Positions 1 to 10,400 of a stretch of 50,130 bases of DNA are shown here, in pieces. Below the pieces are notes generated by a model. It was not told the DNA's origin and ran no database searches. It was given only the letters and a program-made list of their open reading frames with translations. Position numbers and translations under genes: made by a program. Every line of letters starts with the position of its first letter. Positions within the stretch are counted from its first letter, which is position 1. Origin of the DNA: an uncultured Ruminococcus sp. (GTDB taxonomy: Bacteria; Bacillota; Clostridia; UBA1381); contig CACZPW010000225.1 of assembly GCA_902783115.1 (NCBI GenBank), positions 1 through 50,130 on the forward strand, written 5' to 3'.

Positions 1-239
1 AAAAACGAAGTCAGTATGTTGCTTAAATTTAATATTTATACCATAGGCACTCTTTTTTGTGCTGTCTGTACAAATTGGGGCAGTTCATTTATACCGTAGT
101 CCTTTTTTAGTACATTAATTCATAGTTTGATTTTATATTGGTTAAATGAGCTATCAAATGGAATTTTAAAACATTCCAAATAATTTTTGAAATTATCCTG
201 CACCGGCAGGCAGGTATCAATTAAATATCCTTTAATTAT

Positions 240-3200
240 TTACTCTACTTCTTTGATGGTGATGTCATCAAACCATACTGACTGCAAGACTTCTGCTCCT
301 GCCGAGGAGGTATCAAGTCTCGGTGTGAAATAACTGATTACGCTACCCTCGTTTGGAACAGTGTAGACAGCAGTTATTTCGGTCCAGTCATCTGCGCTTG
401 AGTTGTATTGAAGCAGGTTCTTTGTGGAATCATCACTATCTCTTACAATCCATTCACCTGCACCGTTTTTAACACCGAATGAAATTCTTACTTTCGACCC
501 TTCATACAGATTTTCCGTCTTGATCCATGCGCTGATCCTATAAGTTTTTCCGGGCTCAACCTCGAAGTCATCGTGTCTGAAGCCTCGCCAGTTTGAACCT
601 GAGCCGGGATCTGTTTCAAGCTTCATGGAAACTGCGCCGTTTCGCACAACAGTCTTATCAAAGGAGCATTTTGTCTTTTGTGCCGACCATGCCGTTGATG
701 AAGATTCCATATCTCCATTGCTCAGGGAAACGCCTTGTGCCGTCTCGGTGGCAACAGGCTTTGCGTAGTCGGGGATCTGTGCAAATATCTCTACGAGTTG
801 GCTGTCGTTATTCCATACGACGGTAGCACCAAAGCTTTCGCTGATAAAGCGAATAGGAACCATAGTTTTTCCATTGATATTTTTTGCGGGAACATCCAGC
901 TTAACAGGCTTATTGTCAATATAAGCGGTAGGATCGTCGGGCCTTACTGAGATCGTATGGTCATATCTGGTGCCGGTTACCGTTTGCGTTTGCGAATCCC
1001 AGTCTATTTCCACGCCGAGCGCTTCAAAAACAGAGCGGAAAGGAACAAGTATCCTGTCGTTAACATTAACGGCGGGTTGGTTAAATGACATATACGAGCC
1101 GTTAAGTTTTACATTTATACCCTGTAATTTCTTGTTATTACGGGTAACTTTCCAACTGTTATCGGGAGGTAACTCAACCGAAACCCAACCGGTGTCAGTT
1201 TTGAAGCTTACCAACGAGTCGCGGACAAGGTCTTTTTGAATTACAATGGATTTTGCAATTTCTTCTCCTGTTTTTTGATCGTTTAAATTCGGTGCAAGAA
1301 CAGTGATAAAATTCATTGGCGTGTTTTTGACCATGGTTGTTTTAAGATAAGTCGTATCTGCACCGATAACAGATTTCAGGTGTCCTATTTGAGCCCCATC
1401 TTTTTGACCGTACATAACAAACATTCCGTTTGTTGCACCCTCACTGTCTGAGGAATTTCTGTACCACTTCTTTTCGCCCTTTTGCAAAAACCAGTTAGCA
1501 CCGCTTTCTTTTACATTATAAATGTTAAACAGCGGGCCGCCTATGAAACCGTCTGCCGTTTCGCTTGGAGTGACTGTATCCTGAATGATCGCATAACCCT
1601 CTTCTGTAAGAACTATTCTTCTCTCAACGGTGGAGCCCTTTTTGATATGGTCGTTTAGCTTGAATGATGTATATGTGTCCTTTCCGGAATTTTCAACCAT
1701 TTCATCAGTCATGTAGCCGTTGTCGTTAAACAGTTCTCCGGGAGCAATTTGGATATAACAGTTTCCGTAACCGTCAAGCGTCGCATTTGTCACCTTAGAT
1801 TCATCGCATTTGTTATCCCATATACGGAATATGCTCCACAATGCCGTAGTCGTATCACCGACGGGTGTTTCTGTTTTCCAATCCCACTTGATGTGAGTGT
1901 ATTCATTCATACTGATTTTAAGATTTGTTGTCGCATTATAGAATACGCTGGAGTCGTCAATGGTTATTTTCATCATGTGATCACTTTCGTATCCGCCGGC
2001 TACATTTTCAAACGGAGAGTCGCTTCGCTTAAAGTTTCCGACCCCGCCGTCCTCAAAGTCATAGATCATACGGGTTCCCGCAGGACCTTCAAGGCGTATA
2101 TTGTCAATATAATACCATATTTCGGGATTAGACTCCCTTGATAAACGCAGTGAAATAGAATCCACATCCCGCATGGACGCATCGCTGCCGTCACTTGGCG
2201 GGAGCGCACTTAAATCCAACTCATCGTGGTACCATACGCCTGTGCGACCGCGTCCCGGATTTTGCTTATTGCCGGGTGATTCGTCAAAGGGGTAGTAGCC
2301 TGCGTCGTCCATAAAGAACGGCACATTCTGATACCGCGGATCCACAAATCTTCTGGTCAGGGAATGATATAGTGGGATGTTATCGTATTCATAGTATACC
2401 ACCGAACCCTTGGCTGCGGGATGTGAATGGCTTATACGATATTTTGGGTTGTCGACCATAATAAACGGATTTCCGTCAAGTTTAGAGGAACGCATAAGGA
2501 TTTTTGCAGTTGCGTCCTTTTGATTTTTGTAGTTTCGTGTTGAAATTGTTGCAGCCTCTTCATTTAAGTATGCTTCATCGTATAAATCGGGAATGTCAAA
2601 CATTTCGGTATCAACGAAGAAGTCCGACAATCCATTTTTTATAGCCCAGTCATATAAATGTCTTGCTGCATAGGCAAAGGTGGGATCCTCATAGAGGTTT
2701 GCACAATACTCAAAAATATAGATCCAGTCCATTGCCCTGCCGTAGAAATCGTCGCCGTATTCGGGCATAGAGCCGTTGGGGGCGAGCTGATCGCGGAAAC
2801 GGGAGAACATTTTTTTCATTCCATCGTCTTTTAAAAGCTCGGGCTTTCCGTCGATTTCCGCCCAGCGGATAATATCACGCATCATAACGCCGTTGTAGTC
2901 ACCTGCATCTTCCTGCATATCACGGTCTTCATACCAATAATCCCATAATTTATCGAGCCAATCCCGCCATTCCTGCCACTTAGGTGATTCGGGAAGAGCC
3001 CGGATTGCATACGATACACCAACGGCACGGGCAATGATCTGATTATGGGAATCCATCAAAGAGGAGCGGAAAAACGAATCCATATATTGGTTGATAATCC
3101 GGGTTTGCTCAGGCGTAACGAGCCCCAACTTTTTTAATTCCCAATATGTTTGCATGAGGTAGTTACCTGAAAAGAAATCGCCGCCGTTGTTTGACAGAAC

Positions 3201-3485
3201 ATTTTTATCTGCTGCCATAGCCTCGCAGTCCTGACTAAAGAAATTCACGGCGTCATTAAGATATTTCTTGTCGTGGGTGTAGAGGTAGTATCTTATTGCG
3301 GTATTGCATTTCCAACGGTGTGAGTTTTTTCCGGATAGCATATAATCATAGTTTTCGAGCAGATAGCTGATATAATCAGGCTTTTCCGTAATTGCAACGC
3401 TTTTCATGGGCTCTGCAAAAATCTGTGTGGGCAATACCGATAGGCAGATCGCCGTACTGATAATTAAAGCAATTAGTTTTTTCAT
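240..3485 (-). CDS. Secreted multidomain protein (1081 aa). Has an N-terminal ~720-aa putative polysaccharide-lyase-like region, a copper-amine-oxidase-N-like stalk repeat and a C-terminal CBM-like jelly-roll.
   Basis: Full-length ORF with signal peptide MKKLIALIISTAICLSVLPTQIFA. About 720 aa are colinear with the central region of the 12357-15965 protein (shared DxQEDAGDYNGVxMRDxIRW, APNGSMPEYGDDFYGR, SHxH..KGxVxYYEYDNxPL, IDNIRLEGPAGTxMIYDFEDG). The stalk motif is ILVPFRSVFEALGVEIDWDSQTQTV / TMVPIRFISESFGATVVWNNDSQLV. The C-terminus ends VWFDDITIKEVE, as CBM4_9/22-like modules do. The lyase assignment is weak and comes from memory of heparinase II/III-like H-x-H motifs. Confidence 0.85.
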   Translation of the reverse strand: MKKLIALIISTAICLSVLPTQIFAEPMKSVAITEKPDYISYLLENYDYMLSGKNSHRWKCNTAIRYYLYTHDKKYLNDAVNFFSQDCEAMAADKNVLSNNGGDFFSGNYLMQTYWELKKLGLVTPEQTRIINQYMDSFFRSSLMDSHNQIIARAVGVSYAIRALPESPKWQEWRDWLDKLWDYWYEDRDMQEDAGDYNGVMMRDIIRWAEIDGKPELLKDDGMKKMFSRFRDQLAPNGSMPEYGDDFYGRAMDWIYIFEYCANLYEDPTFAYAARHLYDWAIKNGLSDFFVDTEMFDIPDLYDEAYLNEEAATISTRNYKNQKDATAKILMRSSKLDGNPFIMVDNPKYRISHSHPAAKGSVVYYEYDNIPLYHSLTRRFVDPRYQNVPFFMDDAGYYPFDESPGNKQNPGRGRTGVWYHDELDLSALPPSDGSDASMRDVDSISLRLSRESNPEIWYYIDNIRLEGPAGTRMIYDFEDGGVGNFKRSDSPFENVAGGYESDHMMKITIDDSSVFYNATTNLKISMNEYTHIKWDWKTETPVGDTTTALWSIFRIWDNKCDESKVTNATLDGYGNCYIQIAPGELFNDNGYMTDEMVENSGKDTYTSFKLNDHIKKGSTVERRIVLTEEGYAIIQDTVTPSETADGFIGGPLFNIYNVKESGANWFLQKGEKKWYRNSSDSEGATNGMFVMYGQKDGAQIGHLKSVIGADTTYLKTTMVKNTPMNFITVLAPNLNDQKTGEEIAKSIVIQKDLVRDSLVSFKTDTGWVSVELPPDNSWKVTRNNKKLQGINVKLNGSYMSFNQPAVNVNDRILVPFRSVFEALGVEIDWDSQTQTVTGTRYDHTISVRPDDPTAYIDNKPVKLDVPAKNINGKTMVPIRFISESFGATVVWNNDSQLVEIFAQIPDYAKPVATETAQGVSLSNGDMESSSTAWSAQKTKCSFDKTVVRNGAVSMKLETDPGSGSNWRGFRHDDFEVEPGKTYRISAWIKTENLYEGSKVRISFGVKNGAGEWIVRDSDDSTKNLLQYNSSADDWTEITAVYTVPNEGSVISYFTPRLDTSSAGAEVLQSVWFDDITIKEVE

Positions 3486-3506
3486 ATGATCGTTCCTTTC
3501 ATTTCT

Positions 3507-6500
3507 TTAATCCGGATATGTAAGCTCCGGTTTTTGACCTGTGTAATAGGGCGGCTTAAGATAAGCATATTCCCTTGTATAGGCTTCAGAATAAGTAGGC
3601 GGATAAAAATTCAGTATCGGATTTTGGCAATCAAAAGCAAATGACGGCAAGCTTTCCCCGTATTCATTTACCGATGTCACATAATATACGCCGTCACCGT
3701 CTGTCTGCACGGCATTTTCCTTGCCCGCATACAGGGGTTTTGCCTGTCCGTCTTTATACAATCTGTACTCAATAGCTCCGTATACTTTGCCCCAGCTTGC
3801 TCTCTTTTTGTATATCCGCAGCCCGGCCGGCGCCTCAGGAACATCAGATATGGGGAAATACGGATACTCGTTTGAATATTCACTTGAAACGGAGCCGTTT
3901 ATGCCCCTCATTCGCAAGACAGCTTTTTGCTTCAGGGTGAAGATACTCTCCTCTGAAATTTCGGTAAAGCCGGTACCGTCCGTACTGTATTCAAAGATAT
4001 GCCTGTCGGCACCTATTGACGGCTCATATTCAAGCTTTCTTCCGCATACTCCGAGTATGACAGGCTTTGACGGCGTCATAACCGCATCGGTTATCTCAAT
4101 TATATGCGTACCGCACGGTAGATCCGACAAATCGAATACAGGCTTAAAATCAACATATACAGGAGCTTTTGTACCACTTGTTTTTAATTTTCCGCCAGGT
4201 GCAACATATATTTTACCGTAAATCCTGTCTTTAGTAAATGTCAGACACAGCGATACATTCCTTGTCTGTATCGAAAAACCGCCGATGCAGACACTTGTTC
4301 CGTCAATCACACTGACAGTTATATCAGAGTTGACATTTTGCCGTATAACACCGACTTTTCCGACAAATTCTATGTCCCCGCATTTAAAGGTATGTATATC
4401 GACATCGTTTATGATATGATCCGTAAATCCGATTCCCGTGACGATACAGCCGTAATCTGCGTAACTGACATCAAGATCATGTAAGTGGCTTACGACTGCC
4501 ATACAATCGCCGCTGCCTTCAAACCACTTACCCTTACTCTGCGGAGTGAAATGCTCGGTCATGGCGTAATTTTCAACCGCAAACCGATTCATTGTGATAC
4601 CTTTTACAAAATGTATAAAAGGATATTCGTCTTCTTTTCTCACAAACCATGAGAACCTCGTGCACACATTAGGATGTGAAACGGCATCGTATGTTACAAT
4701 ATAGTCGCCGCCTATCATAAGCACACTTCGGTATTTATACTCAGGGTAGGAGTATACCATTTTACAGTCAGAAGTAATTTTCTGGTATTGTATTTCGCCA
4801 AGCGCCAGAAGCGGCTCGGAAAGAGTATTTTGACCGATTGAGCGGTACCGGTGTTCCTTCCAGACGCCAAAGCAGGTCGAAAGTGATGCATCGTCCGCAC
4901 GCCTGTCCCCGGCGTTTTCCTTGCCGTTATAGGAATAGCACTTTTTGTTTGCATAATAGAATATAGTGCCGCAGCCTCCGTCATTTGCAAACCCCCAACG
5001 GTAGTTTGGACCGGCATCGATCTGCTGCAGATGTACCGACATTTCCTCAGATGTATAGGGCTTGTACCGCATAACACTGCCATAGCCCGTGTATTTACGG
5101 CTTTCAAGCTCAGGTCGGGAAAATATTGTGTCCTCATCGTAGAGATAGCTCCACTTAATATGTTTTTCGTTTGCTTCCGGAATAAAGTCTGTGCTGTCTT
5201 TTGTTATATAGTATATATTGTCCGCAAGCAACGGGTCAAAGTTTTTAAGCTGTTGTGCAATAAGCCTGAACACCTTGGGAATGGGGCGCAGAGCAGAATG
5301 TGCACCCTGAGTGCTAAGCATCCGTAGCTCCCGTCCGTCGATTGCGGTTGGTGCGGATGACAAGCCTATAACCCATTTGGCTATTGCTACGACACGGTCG
5401 TTTACCATACGCGCTTTTCCGTCATAATGCGCTTTTAAAAGTGCAGCCGTCAAAGCTGAGGGTCCTAAAAACGCCCATGTATAAATCCCGATTGCCTCCG
5501 TCCAACGCCCACCTGATGCGTTCCAGGATTTCACAGCCGGACGCGTATGATAACGGGTGTTGAGGTCTATAAATTTCTCGAAAATATTCGCAAACAGCCA
5601 CGCATCGGGATGCTCGGGAAATAAAAATGCCATTAGTGCGGGAATACATTTAATGTCCGTAAGGAAATTAGGATGCCCTCCTAACATATTCCGCATCGGT
5701 ATCGCTTCCTCACCTGCACAGACATACGCTGTTATCAACAGTAAAGCGTTTACCTCTTTTAGCTGTTTTGGGGAAAGATCTTTATAAAGCCTTAAATAGC
5801 TGTCACAGAGGGTATCGTATACCGTGCGGATCTCCACCGCTTCAAATGTATACGGACGCTCGTGAAATTCCTCTGTTCCCTTCGTCGCAATGGCTGTTCT
5901 GCCGGTTGAAATGACAAAATTGTATAATTCATCCGCAGTATTGAGTGATTTATCGGGGAAGCAAATCGAATCGGGATGCTTCCCCTCGTATGTAAGCTGC
6001 CAGTCCTTGACCTTGTTAAGATTTAAGGTTACATATCTGTTATGCAGATATGCGGTATAGGTAGTAGGAAAGGCAGTCAGTTTTTTTGCTTCGGCGGGAG
6101 ATACTCCCATTTCTTCGAGCTTTGTCTTTAAATTTTGTAAAAATCCAAACCATTCCGTATCCTTCTTTCGCGAATAGCAGCTTACGCAGACGCTTCGCTT
6201 ACCGGAGGCAATGGGCAACCGCCAGATAACAGTATTGTTTTCATAATAGTAATGACCTGCAAGGGTATCACCCGCCGCCCATATTTCATACTGACCGTCG
6301 TCCCAATTTTCGTTTCCGTTTACAAATATTCCGAGACTGTTGCCTGTGTTTTCATCCCAATATGCGCCGCAGGGGCGGATCGAATATCCGAAAAACGGTG
6401 CGTAAGGAGCAAGGCGTATGGCATCACCGTCGTGTCCCACAGAGTCTTTGGCGTGCAGGCTTCCGCCCTGAAATCTCGGATCCTCGCCATAGTAGCAGTG

Positions 6501-7253
6501 GCAGGGGTTGTCCCAAGCCCTGCGCCACGGATAGTCGCCGTAACGGTCGCTTCTAAGCTGCCATTCACCGTCAGGCCATGTACTCATATATTTATGTGTA
6601 GCGTTAAAATCAGTCCAAGTATATTCTAATTTGATACAATCGTCGGGTGTAATACCGTCTGCCGTTTCCCAAAGCTCAACAAAGTCGTAGCCTGCGGTTA
6701 TTTTTACAGTAGCGGAATATATTTTTCCTGCTCCGAAGCCATATCTGATTTCATATTCGGCAAACACCTTGCCGAATATTTTTTCATTCACTGAAACAGA
6801 TCCTGCGCAGGGGGCGTTTATAAAATTATCGCCCATCCATTGTCCTTCCCTGCATATACATATAATGGGAGCGGGAGTTTTGGAATACGATATATCATTT
6901 CGTGGGATTTTTATGCTCAGACTGCCGTTAGAGAGAATTATTCCGTCATCGCAGATCGTTTTTTCGATTCCGTTACTGCAGGGAGTGTGCCCTCTTTTTA
7001 CGGTAAATGATTTCTTCTGACCGGGCTGAAGATCGGATAAAAAATACAGCGTGCCCATATCGGACTTATTATAAACAAGCTGACAGGGAATGGCTTCTCC
7101 GTCCTCATTGTAAACGCTCAGCTCTGCCTCATGGCACGCCGAGAAATCAAGGGGATATCCGAGAAGTGTCTTGGGCCAGGCAAATGCAGGGTGCTCCAAA
7201 GGGTTTTGCAGAGTTATTACCAAGCCGTCTGAAAACTGTTTAAGATCATTCAT
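3507..7253 (-). CDS. Large (1248 aa) protein without a signal peptide and of unknown function. Has a C-terminal Fn3-like module and may be an intracellular glycan-processing enzyme.
   Basis: Uninterrupted ORF. I prefer the ATG at 7253 (MNDLKQF...) because an AAAGGAG RBS lies 7 nt upstream (7261-7267, minus strand), whereas the track start at 7277 has none. The N-terminus is not hydrophobic. Only 21 nt separate it from the downstream gene, so the two are probably co-transcribed. I did not recognise a catalytic family. Confidence 0.85.
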   Translation of the reverse strand: MNDLKQFSDGLVITLQNPLEHPAFAWPKTLLGYPLDFSACHEAELSVYNEDGEAIPCQLVYNKSDMGTLYFLSDLQPGQKKSFTVKRGHTPCSNGIEKTICDDGIILSNGSLSIKIPRNDISYSKTPAPIICICREGQWMGDNFINAPCAGSVSVNEKIFGKVFAEYEIRYGFGAGKIYSATVKITAGYDFVELWETADGITPDDCIKLEYTWTDFNATHKYMSTWPDGEWQLRSDRYGDYPWRRAWDNPCHCYYGEDPRFQGGSLHAKDSVGHDGDAIRLAPYAPFFGYSIRPCGAYWDENTGNSLGIFVNGNENWDDGQYEIWAAGDTLAGHYYYENNTVIWRLPIASGKRSVCVSCYSRKKDTEWFGFLQNLKTKLEEMGVSPAEAKKLTAFPTTYTAYLHNRYVTLNLNKVKDWQLTYEGKHPDSICFPDKSLNTADELYNFVISTGRTAIATKGTEEFHERPYTFEAVEIRTVYDTLCDSYLRLYKDLSPKQLKEVNALLLITAYVCAGEEAIPMRNMLGGHPNFLTDIKCIPALMAFLFPEHPDAWLFANIFEKFIDLNTRYHTRPAVKSWNASGGRWTEAIGIYTWAFLGPSALTAALLKAHYDGKARMVNDRVVAIAKWVIGLSSAPTAIDGRELRMLSTQGAHSALRPIPKVFRLIAQQLKNFDPLLADNIYYITKDSTDFIPEANEKHIKWSYLYDEDTIFSRPELESRKYTGYGSVMRYKPYTSEEMSVHLQQIDAGPNYRWGFANDGGCGTIFYYANKKCYSYNGKENAGDRRADDASLSTCFGVWKEHRYRSIGQNTLSEPLLALGEIQYQKITSDCKMVYSYPEYKYRSVLMIGGDYIVTYDAVSHPNVCTRFSWFVRKEDEYPFIHFVKGITMNRFAVENYAMTEHFTPQSKGKWFEGSGDCMAVVSHLHDLDVSYADYGCIVTGIGFTDHIINDVDIHTFKCGDIEFVGKVGVIRQNVNSDITVSVIDGTSVCIGGFSIQTRNVSLCLTFTKDRIYGKIYVAPGGKLKTSGTKAPVYVDFKPVFDLSDLPCGTHIIEITDAVMTPSKPVILGVCGRKLEYEPSIGADRHIFEYSTDGTGFTEISEESIFTLKQKAVLRMRGINGSVSSEYSNEYPYFPISDVPEAPAGLRIYKKRASWGKVYGAIEYRLYKDGQAKPLYAGKENAVQTDGDGVYYVTSVNEYGESLPSFAFDCQNPILNFYPPTYSEAYTREYAYLKPPYYTGQKPELTYPD

Positions 7254-7317
7254 TAAAAAAACTCCTTTCTGCCGCAACCGTGTGCGGACACAATATAATT
7301 CCCGATACTACAATTAT

Positions 7318-7345
7318 ATTATATAGCAAAATTTATTTCTTACAA
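7318..7345 (-). promoter_or_regulatory. Candidate sigma-A promoter for the minus-strand operon 7253->240
   Basis: On the minus strand: TTGTAA (7345-7340), a 16-nt spacer, then TATAAT (7323-7318). It lies in the AT-rich divergent intergenic region. Confidence 0.5.
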
Positions 7346-7414
7346 GACAAATAATTAAACATAATAAAAAAATATTCCTGATATTTGTAAAAATGAGTTA
7401 CTATATTAAATTAC

Positions 7415-7448
7415 TTGTATTGACTGATAAGTTTTGCAATGCTAAAAT
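7415..7448 (+). promoter_or_regulatory. Candidate sigma-A promoter P1 for the giant surface-protein operon
   Basis: TTGTATTGACT contains the -35 TTGACT (7420-7425). A 17-nt spacer follows, then an extended -10 TGcTAAAAT (TAAAAT at 7443-7448). Confidence 0.6.
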
Positions 7449-7496
7449 AAAATCGTTAAAGTGACACAATTAAATTTTGATATGGGAGGGTTTACA

Positions 7497-10400
7497 TTGA
7501 AAAAGACACGTATCAGTAAAATTCTTTGCCTGTCGTTATGTGCATCCATGGTATGTCCGTATATGACGGCAAGTGCGCAAACGCAGTACGGCACAGTAGA
7601 ACTTATAAACAACGGCGGCTTTGAAGCTGCGGATGCTGAGGATTTTCCGGCGGGATGGAGTTCCAACGGTAAAAATTTACTTTTGGGCGGAGATTTTGAA
7701 ACGGGAGATGCCGCGCTGACCTCTGTAGGTACAGCGGCTACGGGAGAAACCTTAAGATGGGCATCGCCCACTACAGGTACAAATGATATTTCCATAGTCC
7801 GAGCGTCGGAAGAAGAAAAGAGCGAACATGGAGATTACTATGCAAGAATGCGCTTTACAGCTCAGAACTGGGGCGGTCTGGGATATCCGAATCTCAGTAA
7901 GACCTCCAATTTGCTGAATGTAGCATACGGCGGTGAGTATCTGTTTAAAGCAGATTACAAGGTAAGCTCGACCGATGCGTTCAATGCTGCAACGATGAGC
8001 GCGTATTATATGGTGACAACGGCTCAAAGTGCAGAAAAAAATACAACGATGTTTGAACCGGTTTTTCCTAATAAAAGCAGTATGCCGTCTACACAGTGGC
8101 AGGAGTTTTCAACAAGCTTCACTGTTATAGACAGACCTGAAGGCGAAAATTTACAATATGACCCGCCGTGTGTATCAAGATTTCAATTCAGATATGGCGG
8201 CAAGCCTGTAATCGGTGCAGGCGAAAGTGCCGACTTGTTTGCAGATAATATCCGGCTTGAAAAGCTTGGGCGCACATCGTCAGAGTATAGCGCTTCGGGT
8301 AGCAGATCCCTTAAAATCGTCGGATACGCAGACACTGAGGACGAAATTTGGGAATCCGGGCAGGCAGAGGTTGAGCCGGGCGAGGAAATTGATGTTTCGG
8401 CAAAGGTATTGTCCGAAACTGTTGCAAAGTATACCGCTAACGGTGTCGAATACGAAGGTAAAATCAAAATATCTGCCGTATTTGACGATGGAAGCGAGGC
8501 AGAGATCGGAAGTATTACTCAATCCGGTAATGATTATGTAACGGTATCGGACGCCGTTACAGTTCCGCAATATGCGTCAAGGATGAATATAAGGATCACA
8601 TTTACGGGCGAGGGAATCGCATATATTGACGATGTGAGCGCAACGGCACAGCGCGAAATTGCCGATATAGCAGTGCCGGAGGACTATAAAAACATAATTG
8701 CAAACGGCGGCTTTGAAAACTATGACAGCCATGATTTCCCGGTAGGATTTTCTTCGGCAGGAAAAAATCTTATCGCAAACGGTGATTTTGAAACCAACAG
8801 TCTCGAATGCGGTAAGGATTTAAGCGGCACAAGAACGCTTACATGGGCAAAGGCGGGCTATGTTTCCGCTGTTACGCTTGAACAAAACTGCCAAAGCGAT
8901 TTGGCAGCTTACGGAAACTATGCCATGAAAATGCAGTGGGGTGACACAAAATGGGGCGGTGCCGTACTTCAGCATGACGCAAACGGCATTTTCCGTCTCT
9001 CTTACGGAAACAGCTATATTTTAAGAGCAAGTATAAAATCCGCTACTGAGAATGATTTTATCTCAAATGCACAAAGATTTCAGTTCAATGTAAATGTCGG
9101 CGGAACAGACAATATAGTTGATGAGAGCACATGGGTACCGTCTACACAGTGGCAGGAATATTCAGCCGTATTCTCGGCACCTCAGAATGCGGGTTTTGCC
9201 GGCAGGTTACAGCTAAGAGGCCGTACGGCTAATACTGCAGGGTCTGTTTTATATGCTGATAACATCAGTGTTGAGAAAACAAGCCGTACAGATTCTGCGG
9301 AGAAGAACACCGGAGATCGCTCTCTTCGGATTGACGGTTATGCCGATTCGGACGGTGCAGACGAGGTTTGGACATCCGAAACGGTCGGCATAAACGGCGG
9401 AGAGGATGTTTATTTCGGGCTGTCTTACAAGAAAGACAGCATAACCGCAGGCGCAGGCGCAAGACTTGTCTTTGTCGGTGCATCGGAAAGAATACTCGGT
9501 ACGGAAACGGTTGATTTGGGAACAGGCAGCAAATCAATATGGCAGCAGCGCATCGTAAAGGCTATAGCTCCCGAAGACGCGGAGTGTGTATATGTTGAAA
9601 TTTATCTAAAAGAGGGATCCGGTACTCTGTGGACGGATGATGTCTTTGTTTCGGTCAGAGCAGAGGAGGAGCATGAGAACGTCATTGTTCCCGACCAAAT
9701 CATTAACATTGTCGGAAACAGTGGATTTGAAGATGTTGACGGCAGACTGTTCCCGACAGGCTGGACTTCTGACGGGCAGAATCTGATCAAAAACGGAGAT
9801 TTTGAAGATGAGGCTTACTGGTACGCTGCCGGAGCATCGGCATCGGGAACCCGTGAATTTGCGTATTCAAGCGATAGCCCCGACGGTACAACGAGCGGTA
9901 ATCTGAAATGGACTGAGGCAACGGGAAATGAGGAATGGGGTTGCATGGCATACCGTGAAGGTCAGGGTACGCCTGCTGCCGCTTCGATACCGGTTGCCCT
10001 GGACAGTGATTACTATGTAGCTATGGACGCCAAACTTGGCGACAATATAAAGGGAAACAACATCAGGGTCATGGCTGAAATGAAAAACGGTGATAATCAG
10101 TGGGCGGCACAAACATTGCTTTCAAAGACTGCCGACGGTGAGTGGGCTAACTATACTTCAACGTACCATACACCGCTTGCATCGGCGGAGAAAAACGGCA
10201 ATAACCCCGATGTGTCAGGTGCATATATTTACTATGTGTATGCAGGACGCGCAACTGCTATCCCGATAGAAAGCGGAGAAACGCAGCTGTGGATAGACAA
10301 TCTGCGTTTGGAAAAGGTTGGCAGAGCTGACACTGCAGAATATGCAGCAGGTGAAAGGTCACTCAAGATTGTGGGCTATACCGACGGCGTAGATGAGGTA

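Noticed and set aside
1-239. Possible gene or gene fragment at the left edge
   Set aside because: Hand translation of the frames I checked gives only short stop-interrupted peptides, with no start/RBS combination. It is AT-rich. It probably contains the 3' untranslated region of the 240-3485 gene, but I saw no clear terminator hairpin, so I made no call.
7461-7496. Upstream extensions of ORF-track starts. They are 7461, 3507-7277 (start 7277), 25873, 26856, 29550, 40683, 41397, 43702, 46078 and 47831.
   Set aside because: In each case an internal ATG, TTG or GTG is preceded by a much better Shine-Dalgarno sequence at 5-10 nt. That start also yields a sensible N-terminus (signal peptide or conserved motif). 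Several extended starts would overlap the predicted promoter or the preceding gene.
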